Part shown: piece after piece, positions 1-12,885 of the stretch | How the letters are laid out: each line of letters begins with the position of its first letter | Position numbering within the stretch: position 1 is the stretch's first letter | DNA from: Candidatus Xenobia bacterium | GTDB lineage: Bacteria; Vulcanimicrobiota; Xenobia; Xenobiales; QWHO01 | DNA: 64,000 nucleotides | NCBI GenBank assembly: GCA_045863235.1 | Contig: BTUM01000001.1 | Location: 64,001-128,000, forward strand | Direction of reading: 5' to 3' | Notes under the pieces: generated by a model | What the model was told of the DNA's origin: nothing | The model's input: the letters and a program-made list of their open reading frames with translations, nothing else | Databases searched by the model: none | Program-made: the position numbers and the translations under genes

Positions 1-1
1 T

Positions 2-838
2 CATACCCTGGGCGTTCAGCCTTACTGGCTTTGCTTCAACGTCAGTGGCACCCGCCTGTACATGAGCGACTCCTCCCAGCAAGTTCAGGTCCTGGATACC
101 GTCAATAAGAACGTGGTGATCGCGGCCCTGCCGGCCCAGGGAATCGTGACCGACCTGCGCCTATCGGGCGATGGCAACTACCTGCTCGTTTCCGTCATGT
201 CGGGCTCGCCTGGAGTGATGATGATCGATACTCGCACCAATCAGCCGACGCGCTACCTTCCTCTGCCCCCTATGCGGAGCGGAGGAGTGGGGTACCCGAT
301 GGGGGCTGTGATGAGCCGGGAAGGGGGGCGGGTCTTCGTGGTGCAGGGGAATCCCCAATCGGGTGAGGTGGTGGCCCTGGACGGCTATACCGGGCAACCG
401 GTGGGAGTGTGTCCGGTCGGAGCCAGCCCGACCGGCATCGCCATGTCCGTTGATGGGCGGTTCGTTTACACGGCCAATTCGGCCTCGGGGGACATGTCGG
501 TGGTGGATGCCGCCTCACTGGGGGAACTCGGTCGGGTCCGAGTGGGGGTCAGTCCCCAGAAGGTCGCGGTAAGTCCAAACGGAATGCGGATCTGGGTGAC
601 CAATAAGGGCTCCAATTCGGTCACCATGGTGGATGGGCGCAGCCACGCCGTCCTGGCCACGGTGCCGACCGGCAGTGGACCGGTAGGCGTAGCTTGCAGT
701 CCGGACAGTTCACGGACCTTTGTCACATGCAAGGACGCAGGCACGGTCGTCATTCTCGATGGCGCCACCGGCGGGACGCTGAAAACCACCAGCCCGCTGC
801 CCAACTCTTCGCCTTACGGGATCGCCATCAAGCCCTGA
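2..838 (+). CDS. YVTN/YncE-family beta-propeller repeat protein (5'-truncated by the window edge)
   Basis: Repeated 'vG.sP.gia.spDG.r.yV.n..s..vsviD' units; the frame is open upstream of ATG 62 back to position 2. Confidence 0.8.
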   Translation, partial: HTLGVQPYWLCFNVSGTRLYMSDSSQQVQVLDTVNKNVVIAALPAQGIVTDLRLSGDGNYLLVSVMSGSPGVMMIDTRTNQPTRYLPLPPMRSGGVGYPMGAVMSREGGRVFVVQGNPQSGEVVALDGYTGQPVGVCPVGASPTGIAMSVDGRFVYTANSASGDMSVVDAASLGELGRVRVGVSPQKVAVSPNGMRIWVTNKGSNSVTMVDGRSHAVLATVPTGSGPVGVACSPDSSRTFVTCKDAGTVVILDGATGGTLKTTSPLPNSSPYGIAIKP

Positions 839-935
839 TGGTGCAGGTCCGAAAGAGGAGAAGCGCCCCCTTCGCATAAGTTAAGGCGCTTGACTTTGAC
901 TTTGCGCGCCCTGTGGCACGCGTTTCGGTGAGGAC

Positions 936-3533
<2,598 letters not shown>

Positions 3534-3665
3534 GGGCTCCAGGGAATCGGGAGTCAGGTCGGGAGCCCTGCTTCGAGGGTCTGGCTCGGCGGCCGGCGCC
3601 GAGACTCTGAAAGACGCCGATGCGATGGAGTTCCGCCTGTCGTGAGCACTTGTCAAGGAGTAGGG

Positions 3666-4812
3666 ATGTTAGCACAGTACACAACCAACCTGGAACAGCT
3701 GCGCGCCCGGATGAGCCGGATGCGCGACTATCTTTGACCTCGATCAGCATCGCATCAAAGCCGAGGAGCTCGAGCGAAGACTTTCTTCGGAGGGTGTTTG
3801 GGACCGTCCCAGCGAGGCTCGCGTCCTGGTGGTCGAGCTGAATCAGCACAAGCAAGCCATCGAGACCTGGGAAGGCTTGGAGAAGCAGGTCCGGGATCTG
3901 GAAGAGTGGCTCGAATTGGCCAGCGAGGACAAGCCCGAGGAGGTGGCCGAGGTCGAGCGCGTCGCGCGCGAGTTGGAGGCCAATCTAGAGAAGGCGGAAA
4001 CGCGCTCGCTTCTTTCAGGCGATCATGACCAGGCATCGGCAATTTTGTCGGTGCACGCGGGCTCGGGTGGAACTGACGCGCAGGACTGGGCCGACATGCT
4101 GTTGCGCATGTACATCAGGTGGGGAGAGGATGCCGGCTTCAAGGTCGAGTTGGCGGACCGCTCCCCGGGCGATGAGGCCGGTATTCACTCGGGCACGATT
4201 TTTGTGACCGGGCCGCAGGCCTATGGCCTGCTGCAAGGCGAGCGGGGAGTGCATCGGCTGGTACGCATCTCCCCTTTCGACCAGGCGCGACGTCGCCATA
4301 CCGCCTTTGCCAGGGTCGAGGTCACTCCGGAAATCGAGGACGAGCATGAAGTAGAGATCCGCCCTGAGGATCTCAAGGTGGATACTTATCGCTCTTCAGG
4401 GGCCGGCGGGCAGCACGTGAACAAGACGGACTCGGCCATCCGCATCACCCACCTGGCGACCGGCATCGTGGTGGCCTGTCAGAACGAGCGTTCCCAGCAC
4501 TCCAACCGAGCGACTGCCATGCGTATTCTTAAATCCAAGCTCTATGAGTTGCAGCAGTCCGAGCGGATGGAGAGGCTCGCTGCCATCAAGGGAGAGCACC
4601 GCGAGGCAGCCTGGGCCAACCAGATTCGAAGCTACGTGCTGCAACCCTACACCCAGGTCAAGGACCGTCGAACCGGCGTGGAAACCACGGATGTTCAAGG
4701 GGTGCTCGACGGGGGCTTGCAGGCTTTCTTGCGTGGTTGGTTGGAAGCTCGGCGTCGACTGGGGCGCGAGCCGACGACCAGCGACGGAGGCTCGGCTGCA
4801 GATGAAGACTGA
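3666..4812 (+). CDS. prfB: Peptide chain release factor 2, translated via programmed +1 frameshift at CTT-TGA-C (3732-3738)
   Basis: AAGGAG RBS, ATG 3666, 23 codons ending TAT CTT TGA C. The +1 frame (GAC 3736) runs into the 3829..4812 ORF, which has the SPF and GGQ motifs. Lies directly after secA. Confidence 0.97.
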
Positions 4813-5298
4813 ATCTTGCCAGTTTCTTTTTGGAGAGTAAAAAGGTTTTGATGTTCGGGAGGAGTCTTCGCACGGTAAGCGAAGGAGGGGCTCCAAATTG
4901 AATCCTACTCTGAGTTCCGGCCTCAAAAAGCCGACCTTAAGTCGGCAAAGGGAATGGGTTTTCGACTCAAAGAAGGATCCATGTTGTGCACCGTCGAAGG
5001 GGCGGGTGCTTGAGAAAAACTAAAGCAAGTTGACGGGCGAAGGAAGTGTTTGTCGGGAAACCGGCTCCGCTGCTTCGCTTGTGGTGCATAAAGGTTTTGG
5101 TTTGCGGCCGATACGGGTTGACTGGAGGTGTTAGAGTATCCAGGCCGCAGTCGTAAAAGGTTGGTCGCGAGGAAAGCTCGATACGAGGCTCAAGGGACGA
5201 ATTTTGAGGAAACTTCTAGGAAGCTCAGACGGTACTCCCTCGGTCCTTGTTGAGGCTGGCCCTCGCCAGACTCAATAAAACAAGGAGGAAGACAAGCG

Positions 5299-8070
5299 AT
5301 GAACAAGCGCATTCAGTCGGCTATCGCCTCGCTGGTCGTTACGGCCACGTTGACACTGCCGGCGATGTCTGCGCCCTTGTTCCCGGACGTGCCCGACAAC
5401 CACTGGGCCAAAGACGCCGTTGCGGCGTTGGCGGCCAAGGGTCTTGTCGAGGGTTACCCGGACGGGACATTCAAGGGAGACCGTGCGGCAACTCGTTGGG
5501 AAGTTGCCATGATTGTTGCGCGCCTGCTTGCCAAGATGGAGCAGGAGCACGCTACTTTCGCTACCAAGGCTGAGCTTGAGGAGCTGCGCAAGCTCGTTAA
5601 TGCTCTGCGTGAAGAACTCGACGCCCTCGGCGTTCGCGTCACCAATCTCGAGGAGAATGTCAGCCGTCTCGACAAGCGCGTCAGCGAACTCGAGCGGATC
5701 ACGTTCTATGGTTACATGGAGGCTCGCGGGACTGCTCAGAGCTTCTCGACGACCTCGGACAGCCGCGCTCGTAATGGAATTACTGCTGGCGCAGCTGTGG
5801 TCAACCCGGCTACTGGCGTAGCCGGTGCCGTGTTCGGCCCGGTGGGCGTGAACTACGGTGGGGCTGCTATCGCCGGTGTGCCGGCCAATGCCATCGGTTC
5901 TGCTACGGGTGCGTTCCTGCGTCCCGAAGTGCACGGTGTCATGCCGGCCATCGATCTGCGAAATGGCCGTCCTCTGACCAACGGAACCGGCTTCACCATG
6001 CGTGGAGTGCTGGGCCTGCGGATTCGTGTGTCCGACGACATTGACGCCGGCGCTGAGTTCTCGGCCTTTACCTCGCAGGGTGACGCTCTGGTTGATGCCT
6101 ATTATGGCGTCACCGCTCCGTTCCTGAATAACCAGTTCCAGGGCAATTTCACGGCCGCCGGTGCGGGCGCGACCGGTTTGAGCAATCAGCCGTTCACCCG
6201 TATGAACCTGGACAACTTCTGGGTGCTGCACAATCCGTCGCAGACCAAGTTGATCCTGGGTTCTTTCGGCGAGACCAACATGGATCGTACGATGTATGTT
6301 GGCACCTGGAATCCGAACGCCTTCGGCAACACCTACCTCGATAGCTATGGCTTCGATGTTCAGGGTCGCGTGGACGTGAGCGATACCGGTGTGCTTCGCT
6401 GGGAAGCCATGGGCACTCGCCTGGGTGATGGCAACGTCGCCGGCGTGGCTCCTGGTAACTACCAGAACTGGCTCCTCGGCGCCAACCTTGGCTTCGAGTT
6501 CGAGGGTGGTCACGTGAAGATCAACTTCGCGCGCGCCGCTCAGGAGCAGAGCGCTGGCGGTCCCCTGACCGTTGGCGCGACGGGTAGTGCCGGACTGGCC
6601 GCCGCTGGTCTCACCCCGACTGGCGCTGGCGTGACCGTCGGCGGGCAGATGCTGAACGTCCCCGCGGGCGCTCTCACCTTCCCGGCCGTTGGTGCTCCGG
6701 TTGGCGCGGCCTTCACGGGCGGCGCGACCTGGAGTCCGTTGCAGTGGGTCAACCCGGCTGGGTTCTTCGTGAACCAGGTCGGAGCTGGCACTGCAAATAC
6801 CGCTGGTCCTGCTTCGACTACCGACCTGCGCCCCATTCCCGGTTGGAACACCGCGGCCGACAACGCCGTGTTGATGCCGACCACGATCGCGGGTGCCTTC
6901 GGTCCCCAGGAGCAGAACATGTATGGCGCTTCGGCTGCCTATACGTGGGACATCGGTGACGGCGACGCTGGGATCTACCTCAGCGGCGAGTATGCTCACA
7001 CCGACTATAGCCCGAACAAGAACAGCGCTTTCGAGCGCGGCGGAGATCTCGGACACATTGAGGTCGGCGCCAACCTGCTCGATGGCGACCTGGACCTGTC
7101 GCTGGGCTACCTGACGGTTGATCCTACCTACGATCCGTTCGTGCTCCAGTATCCTGCTGGCGTTGCTGGCGCGTTCCGCATCCCGGACCTGAATTACTTC
7201 AGCGGGCTGTATTCGCTCCACGACACCAAGCTCTACCCGCACAACCGGGAAGGCTTCCGGTTCAACGGGCAGTGGCGCTTCAATGAGCGCCGGGGTCTGG
7301 CCTACGCTCACGCGCAGTTCCTCAACCAGAAGCGCACCAGCCTCTATGACGTGCTGGTTCCGGGTGGCAGCATCGCGCCAGCCATCCCGACCAACGACGT
7401 CGTGGGCTTCGCTCCCGGTTGGATGGATCCGGTGTTCATGGGCTTTGCCCACCCGAACGTGTATGGCGCTCAGTCCGCCAACTCGTTCGCGCCGGGTTCG
7501 CTGGCTCCCCTGGAGAACAGCCGTGGCCGTCAGACCGGTTGGGGCCTGGGCATCAGCTACAAGTTTGATGACCCGCGCATCAAGATCGACATCGGTTACG
7601 AGCAGAACGACTTCTTCCGTGCCACGGCCCTGGTGGCCGGTCTCGGCGGAAGCCAGAACCACGTGGATATCACCGTTCAGCAGCTGCACGGTCAGATCGG
7701 CTGGGAAGCCAGCGATCAGTGGAGCCTGCGAGCGGGCGCGGATTGGTCTGCCTACGGTGGTCACTATGACCCCGCTGGCGTCTACAACCACTTCGCGTTC
7801 AACACGGGGAGCACCACGTTCCGCAACCTCGACACCGAGCAGATCTCGCCCTTCATCGGGACGACCTTCGACGTGTCGGCCAACACCAGTTGGGATCTCG
7901 ACCTGCGGTTCTTCGATACGACCGACAACTCGGGTGTGAATCCGCTGTTGGTCGGTGGCGCGGTTGCTCCGGGCGCGGCTCCTGCTGGCACGAACAACAT
8001 CGGTTCGACCAGCCACCCGCTCCGCTGGAACGGCTACCAGGTCACGACCGCCTTCAAGGTTCGCTTCTAA
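5299..8070 (+). CDS. SLH-domain outer-membrane beta-barrel protein (SlpA/OmpM-like), paralog 1
   Basis: Signal peptide, SLH motif FPDVPDNHWA...GYPDGTFKG..TRWE, coiled-coil stalk, alternating beta-strand body, C-terminal Phe (FKVRF). Strongly biased codon use suggests high expression. Confidence 0.88.
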   Translation: MNKRIQSAIASLVVTATLTLPAMSAPLFPDVPDNHWAKDAVAALAAKGLVEGYPDGTFKGDRAATRWEVAMIVARLLAKMEQEHATFATKAELEELRKLVNALREELDALGVRVTNLEENVSRLDKRVSELERITFYGYMEARGTAQSFSTTSDSRARNGITAGAAVVNPATGVAGAVFGPVGVNYGGAAIAGVPANAIGSATGAFLRPEVHGVMPAIDLRNGRPLTNGTGFTMRGVLGLRIRVSDDIDAGAEFSAFTSQGDALVDAYYGVTAPFLNNQFQGNFTAAGAGATGLSNQPFTRMNLDNFWVLHNPSQTKLILGSFGETNMDRTMYVGTWNPNAFGNTYLDSYGFDVQGRVDVSDTGVLRWEAMGTRLGDGNVAGVAPGNYQNWLLGANLGFEFEGGHVKINFARAAQEQSAGGPLTVGATGSAGLAAAGLTPTGAGVTVGGQMLNVPAGALTFPAVGAPVGAAFTGGATWSPLQWVNPAGFFVNQVGAGTANTAGPASTTDLRPIPGWNTAADNAVLMPTTIAGAFGPQEQNMYGASAAYTWDIGDGDAGIYLSGEYAHTDYSPNKNSAFERGGDLGHIEVGANLLDGDLDLSLGYLTVDPTYDPFVLQYPAGVAGAFRIPDLNYFSGLYSLHDTKLYPHNREGFRFNGQWRFNERRGLAYAHAQFLNQKRTSLYDVLVPGGSIAPAIPTNDVVGFAPGWMDPVFMGFAHPNVYGAQSANSFAPGSLAPLENSRGRQTGWGLGISYKFDDPRIKIDIGYEQNDFFRATALVAGLGGSQNHVDITVQQLHGQIGWEASDQWSLRAGADWSAYGGHYDPAGVYNHFAFNTGSTTFRNLDTEQISPFIGTTFDVSANTSWDLDLRFFDTTDNSGVNPLLVGGAVAPGAAPAGTNNIGSTSHPLRWNGYQVTTAFKVRF

Positions 8071-8091
8071 ACTCGAAGCAGCCTGACGGCT

Positions 8092-8126
8092 AAAGAGGCC
8101 CGCCCTTGCGGCGGGTCTCTTTGTTT
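8092..8126 (+). terminator. Rho-independent terminator of SLH gene 1
   Basis: AAAGAGGCCCGCC-CTTGC-GGCGGGTCTCTTT followed by GTTT. Confidence 0.9.
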
Positions 8127-9846
8127 GTGCGCCAGGCATGGCGCGAAGCGACAGGCGTGGCGCACAAACGCCAGCCTGAAGCGAGGAACCCGCCTCTACT
8201 AGACGCGTGCGTTGAACGATTCGGAGTTCCAAGCGTTCGCGGGATAACCGGCGAGCGAAAGCGGACCGGGAAGTGACTTGGAGGTGAAAGTCCTCTGGGG
8301 GCCCTGATGACCGGGAACCCCTAGCCGAACAGCAACTGCGTCGCCGTGAGGCGGGGTGGGAAGGAAGCTGTAAGCAAAGCTCCGGCCTGAGGAACACGAA
8401 CTGCATACGAGGCGTCGACCTGGTGGGCGAGAAGGCGAACTGATTCGAAGCCCAATGGTCATTCGGACCAGGCCGACGTATATGCAGCGGGTAGATGGAG
8501 CGAAGGTCACGCGCCTTACCCTGGGAGAGCTGTCGATCTGCCTCCAGGCAGGCGCCGTCGAAAGACGGCGTAACGGTCAACAGCAGTCAGCATAGGCCAT
8601 ATTAAGCCACCGGTGCGGTGGTGAAGGGCCGAACACCAGAATCAACCGGTGCCAATAGCTCACGTAGAGTGGAGAAGCAGAAAACGGCATGAGATGGTCG
8701 TCTGTGGGATGGAGAGTAGGGTCGGAAACCCGATGGCCGCCCACAGCGCAGCAAGCTCACGCGGCGCTAAAAGGGGCAACACCGGGGAGAGACGATGCAA
8801 CTAGAACTGTTTGATGCAATCCCGGCCTGGCCGGGCACAAGCATCATCGAGAGGATGGTGCGCCCTGACAACATGCTCAAGGCGTATCAGCGAGTGAAAC
8901 GCAACGGCGGGGCACCGGGCGTAGATGGGAAGACCATCGAAGAGCTCGGTGAGAACCTTGGCGTTGCGCTGACGTCCGTTAGTCGAGAGATTGCGGCCGG
9001 GACCTATCAACCTCAGCCTGTACGGACGGTGGAAATCCCGAAGGCAAGCGGAGGTGTGCGCAAATTGGGAATCCCGACGGTTCTGGACCGCGTTGTCCAG
9101 GAAGCTCTGCTCCAAATGCTGACGCCCGTATTCGACCCGGAGTTCTCAAAATCGAGCTTCGGTTTTCGTCCCGGACTAGGCACCCACGATGCAGTCAATC
9201 CCCCATCCATCATTCCCGCGTTCAGGCGCCTCTTTGTCCTCGATACGGCGAGCCAAGTAGCCAGCCCATCCCCGGACTTTCGGGGCGAGTTGCTCTAAGG
9301 TTCGTGCGATGTTCCGTCCCCGTCCCGGTCTCAGTATCAGTCGGGCCTTGGCTCTCAGTCGCTTTTCCCTGTCGGGTGCAATTCTGAGAGGGGCCTTTCT
9401 CTCCGCTGTGACCGAGTAGCCTAGAAACTGCCGTCGCCAAGGCCTGTCTACCGCGCTCTTCTGCTGATTCACGCTGAGCCGTAGCCTGTGGGTAAGAAAG
9501 CGGGTTATCGAGGTCATCAACCGCTGACCGGCACGCTTGGACCGAACGTAGATGTTGCAGTCATCTGCGTAGCGACAGACCTGGACCCCCAACGGGCAGC
9601 TCTATCAGCCGGGAACGGGCGAGGCCCCTGGTGGAACGCAGGAGCCTCACATATGAACCAGGTGATATCGACTCGCTATTTGCGAACCCTTGGCTACGTC
9701 AGCCTCCTCGAAGAGTTGCAGAGACTCAAGTGTTCTGCAAGGTAACGCTTGGCGAGAGGATGCCCCTCTCGTGTGAACCGCCGTATAGGGAACCCTACGT
9801 ACGGTGGTGTGGGAGGTCGGTAGGGTAACCTACCGGCCTACCCGTT
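8127..9846 (+). mobile_element. Group II intron, bacterial class C (IIC), with degenerate IEP
   Basis: 5' GTGCGCCAGGCATGGCGCG directly after a terminator. Domain V GAACCGCCGTATAGGGAACCCTACGTACGGTGGT (9775-9808, CGC triad). Domain VI ends CCTACCCGTT. RT/maturase fragments lie inside. Confidence 0.93.
8795..9745 (+). pseudogene. ltrA: Group II intron reverse transcriptase/maturase, disrupted by internal inversion and deletions
   Basis: Plus strand: RT0-RT2 (NGGAPGVDG, RKLGIPTVLDR, SSFGFRPG) to ~9198. Minus strand ~9199-9579: CRYADDCNIY...FLGY...RGWAGY. Plus strand 9580-9745: class C C-terminus GRGPWWNAGASHM. Confidence 0.9.
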
Positions 9847-10173
9847 TGCGGCCCCGGTTGCGTGCCCTGGAAATGACAGCGAGCAGGGCAGGAAGTACCC
9901 ATGCGAACGGTGAAGGAGATCAGGCCTCGGTTTGAGGGAAAATCAAGCTCGGGACTGTTCGATTCCAGGGTCACGTTGCACCAGAACGTTGACAAGCCTG
10001 GATTTTGGCGTGTTCAGAGGGTGGGACTTTCTTCAAGCGTGCGGGGGAAGACTGCTCTTGGACGGGTTCCGGTCCTGCTGGCGTCTTGCGAGGAAACTTC
10101 AGACACTCGAAAGGCAGGCTGGCTGGCCCCTGTTCTAAGGTAGTCAAAGACTATGAGTGGAGGGCCAACGTCC

Positions 10174-12861
10174 ATGAGACGTCAGCTATGTGGGCTGGTA
10201 GCGCTTTTGTCGCTGACAGCGCCGGCACTGTCTGCGCCTTTGTTCCCGGACGTGCCCGATAATCACTGGGCCAAAGACGCCGTGGCAGCACTGGCGGCCA
10301 AAGGTCTGGTGGAAGGGTATCCCGACGGGACATTCAAAGGTGATCGGGCTGCTTCTCGATGGGAAGTGGCGATGATCGTTGCCCGGCTCCTGGCCAAGAT
10401 GGAGCAAGAGCACGCGACCTTCGCGACCAAGGCTGAGCTGGATGAGCTTCGCAAACTGGTCGAGGCGCTGAGAGAAGAGTTGACCGCTCTCGGCGTGCGG
10501 GTCACGAATCTGGAAGAGAACGTGGAGCGCCTCGACAAGCGGGTCACCGAGCTCGAGCGGATCACGTTCTATGGTGAGATCAATACGCGGGTGGTGGCGC
10601 AGCAGTTTTGGAATACGGGCTCCGGTGGGCAGTTCAGTACCGCCCCCGGAACAACGGTTCCGACTCTGAACTACCAACAGGCTGTTGGGGCCGCTACCGG
10701 TGCTGGCGGTGTCATTCCGGCGGGCAATTTGGCCGCCGGTTTGCCTTTCAACCCCTTCATCTTTGGTGTGTTGACCGCGACTGATTGGCGAGGGGGTCGT
10801 CCCTTTGTCACCGGTACGGGTTTCTCGACTGCGGCATTGCTTGGAGTGCGCGTCAAAGTCAGTGATGACATTGACGCAAACGCCGAGTTCGTAGCCTACA
10901 GCAGCCAGGGTGACCAGGCGGTCGATGCTTACTATGGTGTAACCGCACCCTATTTGTCCAACGCCTTCAATGGGAATACGACTGCCTCCAATGGTACGGT
11001 CGGTCTCCAGTCGGCGAACCAGACTCCGTATACTCGGATGACCCTGGATAATCTGTGGTTGCGGCATAACCCGAGCAAAACCGAGCTGCGCCTTGGGGCT
11101 CTCAAGGACACTCGGTATGACTCGATCACCTATGTCCAACAGCTGAATCCCAACTATTACGGACCGAAGTTCCTGAATGGCTTTGGGATGCAGGTGCGGG
11201 GCGACGTGGCCCTGGATGAGGAAGAGGACATCATCCTCAAGTGGGAAGCGATGGGCACCCGCGTTGCCGATGGTAACGCTGGTATCAATCCGTTGTTTGC
11301 CCCCATCGTCAATCCTGGGACTGTCGGGCAGGGCTACTTCACCCATGCAGAAGGTGGCAACGTTGCTGTCGCCTTTGATGAGGACCGGGGAATCGGCCGG
11401 ATCAATTTCCTGCACATCGCCAACGAGGCGTCTGGTGGCGCGGCACTGCAGGTTGGATTGATTCAGGTTCCCAACTTTACCTTGAACTGGGTGAATCCGA
11501 GCGGGTTCTATGTCAATCAGCTCGGGGGCGCAGCCAATCAGAACGTATCCGGTATTGGTAGCGTGACAGACATCAGACCGATCCCGGGGATCAACCTCCC
11601 CGGTTTGCGGCCGGATGGTTCGATCGCCGCATTTGCTGCCCTGGGCCTGCCGATTGCCGGCATACCCAACGTGGGTGCTCTCGGTCCTCAGGACCAGACG
11701 AGTTACGGTCTGACGTTCAACTACACCTTCGATCACGAGTACGTGCCGTGGATTCGGGCCGAGTATTCTCATAGCGACTACAAGCCGCAGAAGAATTCGA
11801 CCTTTAAGGCCAGCGGCAATGCCTTTCGAGTAGGGGTGGGTGCCTCGTTCCTCGACGAGTCGCTCGATGTTGAAGCGAACTACCTCTCCGTTGACGCCCG
11901 TTACGACCCGTTCATCATCCAGATTCCCCAGGTTGAGGGAATCTCGACGCCCCTGTGGCGCTCGCCTGACTTCAACTACTTCAACAGCATGTACTCGTTG
12001 CATGACACCCAGGTCTACCCACACAACCGCGAGGGAATTCGGGCAGCGCTGACCTGGCGCTTCCTGCCGACCGGCCGGATTAGCCTGGACTATGGGAACT
12101 TGACCCAGAAGCAGTCCTCACTGCAGGATGTTCGGTTCTCGGCCGGGTCCATTGCTCCCGGTACCCCCAATGTCAATGTTCTCGGTTACACACCCGGGTT
12201 CATTGAGCCGGTTTTCGGTGGTTACCATCCGCTGACGTTCGCGCCGGCAGGTGGCAACGCGCTCGCGACGCCCCTCGAGGACAACAAGGGCAAGATGGAG
12301 CACTTTGGTATCGTCGGCGGTTACAAGTATCTGTTCGATGAGGAGAACTCCAATCGTGGCGTTCTTTTCTCGGGCGGGTTCCGTAACTACAACTGGTTCC
12401 GTAACTCCAGCATGTCCACGATCCTGGGTGGCGCTGCCGGCCTGGCTGCTGAGAATCAGAACTTTGTGGACGTCACCAATCGTGGTTATCGCCTTGCGGT
12501 CGACTATGACGTGACCGAGGACTTCACCGCCGGTGTCGGCTTTACCAATGTCGACATCTTCGGTCACCTCGATCCTCTTGGTGTCTACAACGGTTTTGCC
12601 GCAGCCTCCGGGAACTCTCGTTACACCATCATCGATATCAACCAGAAGTATCCGGACCTCCGGCTGGTCTGGAATATCGAGGAGAACATGACCTGGGGTC
12701 TGGATGCGCGCTACGTCTGGATGCAGGATAACGTGGACCCGCGCGTGTTTGCGAGTCCGGGCAATCCCAACGCCAACATTGCGTTCGGTCCTCAGTTTGG
12801 GACTCACCCTTACAGTTGGAACGGGTTCCAGATCTCTTCCTCGTTTAGCTTCAAGTTCTAA
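10174..12861 (+). CDS. SLH-domain outer-membrane beta-barrel protein (SlpA/OmpM-like), paralog 2
   Basis: GGAGG RBS before ATG 10174, signal peptide, SLH/coiled coil almost identical to paralog 1, C-terminal FSFKF. Confidence 0.88.
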   Translation: MRRQLCGLVALLSLTAPALSAPLFPDVPDNHWAKDAVAALAAKGLVEGYPDGTFKGDRAASRWEVAMIVARLLAKMEQEHATFATKAELDELRKLVEALREELTALGVRVTNLEENVERLDKRVTELERITFYGEINTRVVAQQFWNTGSGGQFSTAPGTTVPTLNYQQAVGAATGAGGVIPAGNLAAGLPFNPFIFGVLTATDWRGGRPFVTGTGFSTAALLGVRVKVSDDIDANAEFVAYSSQGDQAVDAYYGVTAPYLSNAFNGNTTASNGTVGLQSANQTPYTRMTLDNLWLRHNPSKTELRLGALKDTRYDSITYVQQLNPNYYGPKFLNGFGMQVRGDVALDEEEDIILKWEAMGTRVADGNAGINPLFAPIVNPGTVGQGYFTHAEGGNVAVAFDEDRGIGRINFLHIANEASGGAALQVGLIQVPNFTLNWVNPSGFYVNQLGGAANQNVSGIGSVTDIRPIPGINLPGLRPDGSIAAFAALGLPIAGIPNVGALGPQDQTSYGLTFNYTFDHEYVPWIRAEYSHSDYKPQKNSTFKASGNAFRVGVGASFLDESLDVEANYLSVDARYDPFIIQIPQVEGISTPLWRSPDFNYFNSMYSLHDTQVYPHNREGIRAALTWRFLPTGRISLDYGNLTQKQSSLQDVRFSAGSIAPGTPNVNVLGYTPGFIEPVFGGYHPLTFAPAGGNALATPLEDNKGKMEHFGIVGGYKYLFDEENSNRGVLFSGGFRNYNWFRNSSMSTILGGAAGLAAENQNFVDVTNRGYRLAVDYDVTEDFTAGVGFTNVDIFGHLDPLGVYNGFAAASGNSRYTIIDINQKYPDLRLVWNIEENMTWGLDARYVWMQDNVDPRVFASPGNPNANIAFGPQFGTHPYSWNGFQISSSFSFKF

Positions 12862-12885
12862 GTCAAGAACTCGTCGCGGCGAGAC

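Noticed and set aside
4813..5240. Known riboswitch, tRNA or other RNA gene in the long intergenic region
   Set aside because: Only isolated hairpins (e.g. GCCGAC-CTTAA-GTCGGC); no recognisable aptamer or tRNA consensus by eye. An Rfam scan would be needed.
5272..8580. 1102-aa minus-strand ORF (also 10186..12024)
   Set aside because: Antisense shadows of the strongly codon-biased SLH genes.
8795..9745. RT fragments as a retron, DGR or defence RT
   Set aside because: Flanked by a group II intron 5' end and domains V/VI, with a class C maturase tail; no TR/VR pair or msr-msd seen.
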